DNA of 64,000 bases from Callorhinchus milii (lineage: Eukaryota): contig NW_024704743.1 of the NCBI RefSeq assembly GCF_018977255.1, positions 43,154,001 to 43,218,000 on the forward strand, given 5' to 3'. Below are positions 51,145 to 60,651 of the stretch, piece after piece. The notes under the pieces are model-generated. The model made no database searches. It saw only the letters and a program-made list of their open reading frames with translations, and was not told the DNA's origin. Position 1 is the first letter of the stretch, and each line of letters starts with the position of its first letter. The position numbers and the translations under genes were made by a program.

Positions 51145-51495
51145 TAATAATAATCGTTGCATTTGATAAAGCTCCTTATCACATCTTCGAGACGTCACAA
51201 AGCTCTTCACAGAATACATTGTGAAGTGAATTGACTATATTTTGTGGGAGAAACGCGGCAACAAATCATGCACTGCAGTGTCCCACAAACAGTCGTGGAT
51301 TGAGTGATCAAATTATTATTTATTTGAAGGGAGAATTACCCCTGGAAAAGTGATCCTCCAATCGACTAACAGCTGTTTTCCTGCTTACTGCTAGGTGACA
51401 GAGGCGTGTAGAGTAAGGAAACTTACCCAATGTTTCGCCCTGCTGAGAATAAAACCCAAGTCCTCTCGCTTGCGAGGCGAGTGCTCTAACCACTA
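51145..51495 (-). mobile_element. tRNA-derived SINE (long subtype)
   Basis: Reverse complement of the full SINE including the central segment. Confidence 0.9.
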
Positions 51496-52347
51496 AACTT
51501 TAAAACCAAAGTCATGCCACCTGTTTAGGTCAGTGTTGACATGGTCTAGGCTCCACTTGATTTACGAATGCAGGAACTGTGCTCTATGGAAAGAAAATTG
51601 GGGCAACGCTGTATTATTAGAGCTTGCATTAGTTGGATGTGACGTGGAACCAAGATTTCTTCTGTCTGTTCAGGGGGACATTAAAGATCCCATGGCACTA
51701 TTCAAAATGAGGAGTGGGTCTCTCCTAGTGTCCCAGCCAAACAATCCTCCAGATAAAATTGATCATTCACCTCCTGGATTCTTGTAGAATATTGTGCACA
51801 AATGCGCTGCCATGTTCATCTACAATGACATAATCACAATCTAATATGATTTACCTTTAATGATAATACACAATAAAAATGTAAGTGCTTTCTACAGCTA
51901 TTATTCATACTATAATAATTTACCCTCCCATCATTTCCAGTTATTTCCAACTGTTAGGTTTTCTTTCCTTTTAAAAAGTGGGATACATTTTCATCTATTT
52001 TTGTCATTTCTCAGACCTGCTACGGAGAAGAACCTATCAAAATGTGGAAGTTAGAAATGATTGTCGCTTCATGGTGAGTTCCTTCGGATATAAATGTTAA
52101 TTATATCTGATGACAAATTGACATCAACTGTAAAGCATTTCATACGAAAAGTTTACCCAGCCATATCCTTGAAAATTACAGGAACTAAATCCAAGTCAGG
52201 TATGATGTATTTTCTATCGGGTGGTCTACTCTAAATGCCGTCCAGTGTTTGAGCGTTTTATAGCAGAGGTATCAACTTGAATGGGGGAGATCAATCAAGC
52301 GCTGAATGCCCTTTATCTGCAGAATGTGATGGATCGTGCCAGGACGT

Positions 52348-52630
52348 GGAGTCCTGTAGCTCAGTGGTTATAGCACTTGCCTCACAAACGAGAGACCTGG
52401 GTTTGATTCCTGGCAGGGCAAAACTTTCGGCAGGTTTCCTTGCTTGACATGCCTGATAATAATCCCTCCCTCAAGAAAAAAAATAAACAATAATAATTTG
52501 GTCACTCAATCCACGACTGTTTGTGGGATACTGCTGTGCTCAATTGGCTGCTGTGTTTTGCCCACAAATATACAATCAATTCACTTCACAGTATATTCTG
52601 TGAAGCGCTTTAAGACATCTAGAAGACATG
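52348..52630 (+). mobile_element. tRNA-derived SINE (short subtype), 3'-truncated
   Basis: GGAGTCCTGTAGCTCAGTGG head; body collinear with other copies. Confidence 0.88.
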
Positions 52631-52714
52631 TCTCTCTCCCTCCCCGCTCAGCTTCTGGCTCTACTTAGGTGTTTTTTTAAAAAATTTAAAAATCTCATTG
52701 GCTACCTTCCTTGG

Positions 52715-53090
52715 AATATAGAGAAACTATTTCCTCTGGTAGGGGAATCCAGAACAAGGGGATAGAGTCTTAGAATTAGAGCTAGGGCATTTAGGAGTGA
52801 AATCAGGAGGCAATTTTTCAGACACATAGTAGCAGAAATCTCTCTCCCCCAAAAGGCGCTGAATGCTGGATCCATTCAAATTTTCGAAGGCTGAAGTGGA
52901 TAGATTTCTGTTAGGTAAGGGAACAACAACAACTTACATTTATATAGTGGCCCTCATGCAGGATAGTGTCCCAGAGTATTTAAAGAATCAAGGGATAGGG
53001 GGCAAGGACGTGTAATTGTAGGTGATGTACAGATCAGCCATCATGTGGAATAGGCTCGAACAGCTGAATGGCCTATTCCTGTTCCTATAA
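52715..53090 (+). mobile_element. Degenerate CR1 3' end with a nested short reverse L2-type tail
   Basis: AGAAACTATTTCCTCTGGT..GATCAGCCAT..GAATGGCCTATTCCTGTTCCTA parallels the CR1 3' end at 31230-31560. Confidence 0.65.
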
Positions 53091-53094
53091 ATGT

Positions 53095-53600
53095 ATTGGA
53101 AGGGAGGTGGTAAGTAGGGTTTCCTTTGAGCTGAACTGGCTCCAGGGTGACATGCTTGGCAACCAAATGCTAGAATTGAGTCAAACCCTTTGTGGTGGTA
53201 TCAGTAGTCCAGTTCCTGAGACAAATGGGTCTACAGTATTCCAGGGCACTGCTGATGACAGACCAGCCAGCCTGGCTTCTCAGGGAGACTTGGGAGGGGC
53301 AAACTAATCATGATGGCTGGTGCAGGGTTAATAAGTTAACAGAAGTTCCCACTTCTGTTAACTTATTAAACCTGCAAGTCAATGCCCTAATGGGTAGAGT
53401 GGTCCTAGCTGGACAAGCAGCAGGAGCTCAACAGAAACTCTCAAGGCAAGCTATGTGGTTTATGTTGATTAAACTTCAGCAGTATCTTGACCCACACACA
53501 CTCTGGGTCCCCAAGCTTTGGCTCTTGCCAATTCGTCTTATACACCTCGGAATTAGGTAAGCAACCCTCCAGTGAGAGTCAGCATTGTATTCCAGCTCCA
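53095..53600 (+). other. Unidentified coding-like dispersed repeat, copy B (frameshifted)
   Basis: REVVSRVSFELNWLQGDM and VSVVQFLRQMGLQYSRALLMT..ALMGRVVLAGQAAG align to copy A. Confidence 0.7.
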
Positions 53601-53720
53601 GGGAAATTTCCATGGGCAGGTGGCATAGACTCTTGTCTGATCTCCCTGATTTGGATACTCTTAAGCACAATGTTGGGTTTCTGCACATGTCAGACACCTG
53701 ACTGACCAAAACAAAACTTT

Positions 53721-53875
53721 TAAACAAAAACAGAATTGCTGGGAACACTCAGCAGGTCAGACAGCATCTATGGAGAAAGGAAAGTGAGTCAACGTTTCAG
53801 ATCCATGACCCTTCATCAGAACACCGTTTTGTGTTTCCAGCAACTTTTGTTTCAGATTTCCAGCATCTGCAGTTG
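53721..53875 (-). mobile_element. Solo Penelope-like terminal-repeat fragment with hammerhead motif
   Basis: Similar to 54826-54925; followed by a short inverted piece TTTGTTTCAGATTTCCAGCATCTGCAGT. Confidence 0.75.
53787..53823 (-). ncRNA. Minimal type I hammerhead ribozyme motif
   Basis: Minus strand reads gtt-CTGATGA-AGGGTCATGGATCT-GAAA-C-GTT-gac: both core boxes, stem II hairpin, short stem I. Confidence 0.6.
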
Positions 53876-54827
53876 CGTTAAAAAAAAGTTTTATTGTTGT
53901 TGACATTGCTGTAATTAAAAACCTAGCATCTTTAGAAGGAATTTAAGCCATGCCTTTATTTGCCTTTTACCTAAATTTACAGCATCCAATGATGCACAAT
54001 ATCCCGAGCACAGCAACTATGAAACCTATATCTCGGGGTGTGCAAAGACTGAATTAATGAACAATTGTGTGGTGAGTAGGAGCGATGAGCAATTGCTTGC
54101 CTGCTGAATTTTCTCCCCACTGACAGCAGTCCGCTTGCCTCTGCTTGCTGCTTCCACTGACATCCTGAGCCACAGCAATTCATTACTGTACTGGGAATGC
54201 TCATAAATCGGAAAAAAGGGGTTATTTAAAGTCGCTCATGGTTTATTCCTGTCTGTTCCATCGCCAGTGTTTCAGAAGGCAACTCCTCACCTCTTTGATT
54301 TCAGATGCACATAGAACAGTAATTCTTAAAATAGTCCATTGTGGAGATAAGGAGAAAATAGACCTTCAGGCGGCTTTCTGTCTCATACTGCTAATCACAG
54401 TCCAAATACGTCCTCAAGTAGTATTTGTGGACTCGAGGTAAAGCATATTCTTTAATGTTTTAATAATGTAGCGGTTTTTCGTATGCAGCTTTTGCTCCTT
54501 TAGGAGTTACAAAATAAACTATTAAAGGGCTGACAAGAAGTTGGATGGCTGACAGGTTTCAGAGCTTGGATTGTCAAGGATTTCATGGGTATTTCCCTGC
54601 AGTCAATAATCATAATAAAGTAGCATTTTATAAAGCAGATCCACCCAGATTAGGCAGTGTGTTATTATTGTAGCTGAGTTTTCACAAGTAAAGTTAGATT
54701 GGAGTTTGACAAGTTATTTGCATGAATATAAGATCTTATAATAATAATAATCCTTGTATTTGATATAGCGCCTTATCATGTCTTCAAACCATCTCAAAGC
54801 GCTTCACAGAATATACTGTAAAGTGAA

Positions 54828-56780
54828 ACAAAAACAGAAGTCGCTGAACACTCGGCAGGTCAGGCAGCATCTATGGAGAAAGGAAAGTGAGTCAAAGTTT
54901 CGGGTCCATGACCCTTCGTCAGAACTGGGCCATTTTGGGGTTGAGAGGCTTTTAAGAGCTAACAGAGAGGGGGAGGCAGGACAAGGAAGACAAAGGAGAA
55001 AATGGGGTAGAGGACAGGGGATGATGGATTAAAGAGGTGTTAATGATGTAAAACAAAGGAGGGATTGCAACAAAGCAGGCAGACCAGAGAGAGAAAAGGT
55101 GTGTCTGGGACCAACATGATGTGGTAATGGTCACAGAAGAAGGGGAGGGGGGAGAATGTGAGCTGTTATGGTCTGAATTTTTTTTTAATTAATACTGAGG
55201 CCAGAGGGCTGTAAGGTCCCTAAGCAGATACACGAGGTGCTGTTCCTCGAGCTTGCGCTGTGGCTCATTGGAACAGCATAAGAGTCCGTGGATGGAGAGT
55301 TCAGAGTGCGAGTGGGTGGGAGAGTTGAAGTGGCAAGAAACCGGAAGCTCGGGGTTGTGCTTTCGGACAGAATGGAGGTGTTCAGCAAATCAGTCGCCCA
55401 ATCTGCGTTTCGTCTCCCCAATGTAGAGGAGATCGCATCGTGAGCAGCGAATGCAGTAAACTACATTGGTGGTATTGCTTGTAAATCACTGTCTCACTTG
55501 AAATCTGGGGCCCTGGACAGTGGTATGGGAGGAGGTGAAAGGGCAGGTATTGGATCTGCTGCACTGGCATGGGAAGGTGCCAGGGGGAGGAGAAGAACTG
55601 TTGACGGTGATGGAGGAATTAACCAGGGAGTCATGGAGGGAACGGTCCCTTCGGAATGCTGAGAGGGGAGTGGAGGGAAAGATATGTTGAGTGGTTGGAT
55701 CACACTGGAGTCCTGACCCAACTGTACAGTGCCTTGGGACGTCCTCCCGACGTGAAAGGCGCTCTATAAACGGAATCTTGTTGTTGTGGAGATGCCGGAA
55801 ATGGCAGAGAATTATTTTTGGGATGTTGAGGCTGGTGGGGTGGAAAGTAAGGACTAGGGGGACCCTACCACGATTCTGGGAAGAGGGGGAAGGGGTGAGG
55901 GCAGAGTTGCGCAAAATAGGGCGCACACGATCAAGGGCCCTGCTTACTACAGTGGTTGGGAATCCTCGGTCGAGGAAAAAGGAAGATATTTCAGCTGCTC
56001 TGACGTGAAAGGTGACATCATCAGAGCAGATGCGGTGGAGGCAGAGGAACTGGGAAAAGGGAGTGGAGTCTTTACAGGAGGTGGGGTGGGAGAAGGTGTA
56101 GTCAAGGTAGCGGTGGGAGTTGGTGGACTTGTAAAAGATATCTGTAGATAATCTATGCCCCGAGATGGAAATGGTGAGGAAGGGAAGAGTTGGAGCTGGA
56201 CCATGTGAATGTTATGGAGAGGTGGAAGGTGGAAGTGAAATTGGTGAATTTTTCCATTTCACTGCAAGAGCAGAAAGTAGCCTCAACACAGTCATCGATG
56301 TATCTGAGGAACAGGTCAGGGAGCGGACCTGAGTAGGCCCGGAACAAAGAGTGTTCCCGGTGGCCAACAAACAGGCAGGCGTAGCTGGGACCTACCCATG
56401 CGGGTTCCCATAGTGACACCTTTTACTTGGAGAAAGTGGTTGAAGTTGAAGGTGAAGTTGTTCATTATCAGAACATGTTTAGCCTGGCGGAGGAGGGTGA
56501 TGGCGGATGGAGACTGGTTGGGCTGCTGTTCGAGGTTTTACCCTTTGTTTTGCATCATTATCTCCTCTTTAACCCATCATCCCCTGTCCTCTACCCCTTT
56601 TCACCTTTGTCTTCCTTGCCCTGCCTACCCCCTCCCTGTAGCCCTTAAAAGCCTCTCCCTCCCAACATGCCCCGATTTGTTGACTCACTTTCCTTTCTTT
56701 ATAGATGCCGCCTGATCTGCTGAGTGTTCCCAGCGACTTCTGTTTTTGTTTCAGATTGCCAGCATCTGCAGTATTTTGTG
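54828..56780 (-). mobile_element. Penelope-like retroelement (decayed RT + GIY-YIG endonuclease) flanked by inverted terminal repeats
   Basis: Minus strand GPSYACLFVG..FLRYIDDC (RT), RVPLVLTFHP, PGTFPC..C..TCPF and YCIRCSRCDLLYIGETKRRLGD (GIY-YIG); 54826-55070 is the reverse complement of ~56540-56752. Confidence 0.9.
54890..54926 (-). ncRNA. Minimal type I hammerhead ribozyme motif in the Penelope terminal repeat
   Basis: Minus strand agtt-CTGACGA-AGGGTCATGGACCC-GAAA-C-TTT-gact; perfect GGGTC/GACCC stem II; cleavage triplet mutated to UUU. Confidence 0.6.
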
Positions 56781-57327
56781 TACTGTAAAGGGAATTGACT
56801 GTATAGTTTGTGAGCTTCAACCTGATATACAAGGTGCAAAACTGGTGCGCTTTGCACCTTATATACATCCCATTGAAAAGTGAATCACAACTTCACGAGA
56901 AAATAAAATTTAAACGTGCCCTCAGGATATCGTCCAAAGTCCATCCCCGGCCACACGGAATTATAGGTAAAGCTGGACAAAACTCTCCATGTGTTGGATC
57001 CGTAGAGAAACAAATTGACCCGACCAAGCAATCAAAGCTTTCGGAGTTTCAAACCCCCCAAAACATGTTATTCGTTGTTGTTATGCAATTTTAATTCGTT
57101 TCCTCTCTTTAATCGGGTCAGACGCGCAAGCAGATCAGTGGTGGCCGTGATTTGAAGTCCCCTTTTGCATCTCGCCAGTTGCATTCACCAGCGAATGAAA
57201 ACAAGGGGCACAAGTCTTTACACAATAAATCAGAGACCAGATCAGAGCCCCTGGGGGGGGGGGGGGGGCACAGCATGGTGTGCTCTGCACAGCGGCCAGC
57301 AGGGGGCGAGGCGAGGCGAGCAGCGCC

Positions 57328-57513
57328 GCGCATGCGCGGACACTGAAGCCCGCCGGGAATTGCAGTTCACCCCCATCCTCCGCCCCGCGGGCTGCGCATG
57401 CACCGCGACCGCGAGGCACGCTGGGAACTGTAGTCGCTTATTGCCCCCTCCCCTTCCCGCTCGTGTGGACGGAGGGCATATGGCCGTGACTACAGGTCCC
57501 GGCATGCCCCGCG
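57328..57513. promoter_or_regulatory. ZNF143/THAP11 (SBS) and NRF1 motif cluster
   Basis: GCGCATGCGC at 57328-57337; ACTACAGTTCCCAGCGTGCCTCGCG (minus, 57410-57434); ACTACAGGTCCCGGCATGCCCCGCG (plus, 57489-57513). Confidence 0.75.
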
Positions 57514-57594
57514 CGCCCGCCCGCCCGCCGTCACAGAAGCAGCGGGAAGCCCGCGGAGCCGCGCCCGTGTAATGACCGGGTCAGAGGGCGGCTC

Positions 57595-57845
57595 CGGCAG
57601 CCCGGGCACTGCCAGGCGGGCAGGGCAGGGCGGGCACTGCCAGGCGGGCAGGGCAGGGCGGGGCAGCCCGGGCACTGCCAGGCGGGCAGGGCGGGGCGGG
57701 CACTGCCAGGCGGGCAGGGCAGGGCAGCCCGGGCACTGCCAGGCGGGCAGCGCAGGGCGGGCACTGCCAGGCGGGCAGAGCAGCCCGGGCACTGCCAGGC
57801 GGGCAGGGCGGGGCAGCCCGGGCACTGCCAGGCGGGGCGCGGCAC
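57595..57845. repeat. GC-rich minisatellite, 8 copies of GGGCACTGCCAGGCGGGCAG.., G-quadruplex-prone
   Basis: CACTGCCAGG counted 8 times at about 28-38 bp spacing, with many GGG tracts. Confidence 0.92.
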
Positions 57846-58554
57846 TCCGCTCTCACAAATAAAAAGACATCGAGACAACCCGCGTGTAGGATGAACCCCG
57901 ACAGCAGAGCTCACGGGGGATGCGGCGCCTTTCACCATCACCACCTTTCACTCCATCAGCTCAGGGCACCTCTCACACACACACGTGGGGGGGGGACCGC
58001 CGCTCTGTGGGCGAACCCCACCCCCCACACAGCAAATCCCCACAAACTGACACGAAGCCCCCGCAACGTTGCCTTCCGTTGCAGTGAATCGAATGCAAGG
58101 AGCAGTATTATTAGTATTAGTAGTATCCAATCATTTGTTTTCTCTCTCTCTCAAGACCTCCGGGACCTTTATTTCACGTCAAAGCTGCGACGTAAGTGGA
58201 GCTTCTTATTTTTGGATCGACCTTTAACTCTCGTCTGATCCGTCAACGAAGGGAAACGTACCTTTACCGCCAACTCACTCTTAACCACCGGGAACCTGCG
58301 GAGGCCGCCCCTCCCGCCCTCCGCTTACACTGTGTGTTCAGGGATCGTTGCTGCAGCCGTCGCAACGTGTGTATTTCTGCGTTTCCGAAGCTATTATAGG
58401 GGGTGGAGGGGCGGAGGCGGGAGGGAAGTGATACGGTTAATGAATATTTATAGAGAGCACAGCCTTTTTTTTTGTTAATACGGCGGATAAGAACACACGT
58501 GAGCGCGTCAATTATTCATCCTGTGGTGGGAGTAGCGCCTCCCGGCCCTGCGAC

Positions 58555-58750
58555 CAACCAATGTGGGCAGATCGGGCGGGTTAACGCCCCAATTGGGCGT
58601 GTTTCTGTATTGCACGGTGAGCGGGGGGGGGTGTGGGCGGGGACATAAGAATAAGTAAAGTCCTTTTTTAATTTTTCCCCCAAAGTTAAGGTTTTTTTTT
58701 CTCGTAAAACCATCTCCTTTTGAGGGACCATTTTTTTTATATAAAGAGAG
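58555..58750 (+). promoter_or_regulatory. Probable PHLPP1 core promoter: CCAAT boxes, GC boxes, TATA-like element
   Basis: CCAAT at ~58558, CCCAATTGGG palindrome at ~58588, GGGCGG at ~58574 and ~58635, TATATAAAG at ~58738. Confidence 0.55.
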
Positions 58751-59048
58751 AAGCATCTGCGTGGCCCGGCCCGGCCCGCCCCCCCCAACACATCCACCCC
58801 AATCATCACCACCACCATCATCATCATCATCACCACCAACGCAGTGAACCATTGGGGCTACTTTTGGGCTCGCAATTGGGCTACCAAACGGATGATTCTG
58901 ATCTCCGGCCGCCCCACACACCGCCTGTGTGTGACTCCCCCTCTCTGTCTCTCTCTCTCTCCGCTCCTCGCGCAGTTCCCATGATGGCGACAGAAGGCGG
59001 CGGCGGCGGCGCTGGAAGGCGGCGGCCCGCGACGTTCCACCCCCGATA

Positions 59049-60651
59049 ATGGGCGAGCGTTCGGCGCCCCCGGGCCCGCGTTCCATCCTCTTGTCTCCGA
59101 TTGTCTGCCCGCGTTCCACCGCCGCCCCCCTCCCCCCCCCCGCGCCCCCCCCCGCGCCCGCGGCGATGGTGTGGGAGCCGAGCAGAGGGCAGCGGCCGGC
59201 GGCCCCGCACCCACACCCGCACCCGCCGCGGGGCTGCACCTCAGGGGCAGGGACAGGGGCAGCGAGGCGCCTGGATTCCTCCAGAGTCAGCCTCGGTGCT
59301 GCTGCTGCACACGTTTCCTCCTCGTCCTCCTCCTCCTCTCCGCTCCCCAACCCCCTGAGCCACACCGGCGGCGGCAACAGTTGGAACAGCGATTCCAATT
59401 CCTTGCTCCTGAGGAGACGACTCAGGAGGAACCTCTCCACCACCACCACCACCACCACCACAGCGGCGGCGGCGGCGGGAGGCGCCTCTTCCTCCGGCAG
59501 CACCCGCAGCCTGGACCGTAAGAACATGGTGGGCTTGAAGCACAGGCTGCTGACCCTGGCGGACAGGGAGTGGGTGAGGGCGGACTCGCAGAGGGGTTGT
59601 CTGCACCTGTACGACAGGCACATGTCTTCTTACCTGCGGCCGCTCCTGTGCACACTGCAGACCACAGCGTCCGAAGTGGCCGCCAGACTGCTCCCCCACC
59701 CCGGCCACCCGGGGGGGGGGAGGGCGGCCCCGAGGGACGGTGTCGGAGCGGCCAAACTGGGATCGTTGGACAGCATTGTTGGAGGGAGGATCGGGGCAAT
59801 GAGGACTGTTGGTGCCGGGTCCGGGTCTGGGTCCGGGTCCGGGTCCGGGTCTGGGTCGGCTTTGCTGGGCGGGTCAGGCCAGGCAGACGCTGCTCGTGCC
59901 AGGCCAGGAGCTTCCTCAGGCATTGCTGCTCCCAGGCAGGTCACTGCTAATGGGAAGCTGAGGCCACTGGGCACTGCAGGGCAGCAGTCAAATACTGATA
60001 CTGCCAGACACAGGCACGGGAATGCTGCTTTTACAAGGCTGGGGCTGTCACTGCACACCGACAGTGCCACACAGGGCATTGCCACACACATGAATCCTGC
60101 AAGTGCCAGACAGGGGAACGCTTTTATAACCACTGTCGGAGAGGGACCAAACTCTGATACTTCTGGGCTCAGGTTGGACAATGGTTCCGCGAGAGTTGGA
60201 TCACCAAACAGTGCCACTGTCAAGTTGGCGACGGTAGACCGCGCCGCTGCCGGGCGCAGACCGTCGCTGGACAGCAGCGTAACGAAAAGCGAGCACGCAA
60301 ACGGCGATGCGACAAGTGGTGCGGTTGTCAAAGCGGAGTCTCTGGACTATTACTCCAGAGCCGAGGTGAGGCGAGACATTCTTTCCAGCAAACAGGAGCT
60401 GGCGGTCAGCGGGAATGTCAGGGCAAAGCCTGACGACACCTGTATTTCAGGAATGGGGCCAACAGACGTCACGTTCACATCTATGCTGTACGTTCAACTT
60501 CACGGTGAAACTGCCAGGAGACTGGAGCCGCATGAAAATCCCCTTAAAATACAAAACGAGTACCTTTTTAAACTGGGATTTAAAGATCCTTGCAGGGTGC
60601 AGGAAGAAGGCATGGATGTTGAGATTGGCTGTCTAATACGATTTTATGCAG
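59049..60651 (+). CDS. PHLPP1: PH domain leucine-rich repeat protein phosphatase 1, first coding exon (N-terminal extension/RA region); 3'-partial; start is ATG 59049 or the strong-Kozak in-frame ATG 59166
   Basis: NSLLLRRRLRRNLS, TRSLDRK, DREWVR..QRGCLHLYDRHM.SYLRPLLCTL.TTA.EVAARLL and LYVQLHGETARRLE..RVQEEGMD.EIGCLIRFYAG match recalled PHLPP1; CAG|GTAAGG donor; ZCCHC2 neighbour. Confidence 0.95.

Larger units (their letters stand above)
57280..59900. promoter_or_regulatory. CpG island spanning the PHLPP1 promoter and 5' exon 1
   Basis: Abrupt rise in GC and CpG density against CpG-poor flanks. Confidence 0.85.

Noticed and set aside
57490..57944. ORFs with PAWQCP/GTARRA repeats
   Set aside because: Translation of the GC-rich minisatellite
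58720..59049. 109 aa poly-His ORF upstream of PHLPP1
   Set aside because: Non-ATG start upstream of the TATA-like box, and the His run is a triplet microsatellite; only the ATG-initiated last 22 codons are kept as a uORF candidate
58508..60331. Long antisense ORFs (371 aa, 233 aa) over PHLPP1 exon 1
   Set aside because: Expected shadows of GC-rich coding sequence; low complexity with no recognisable domain
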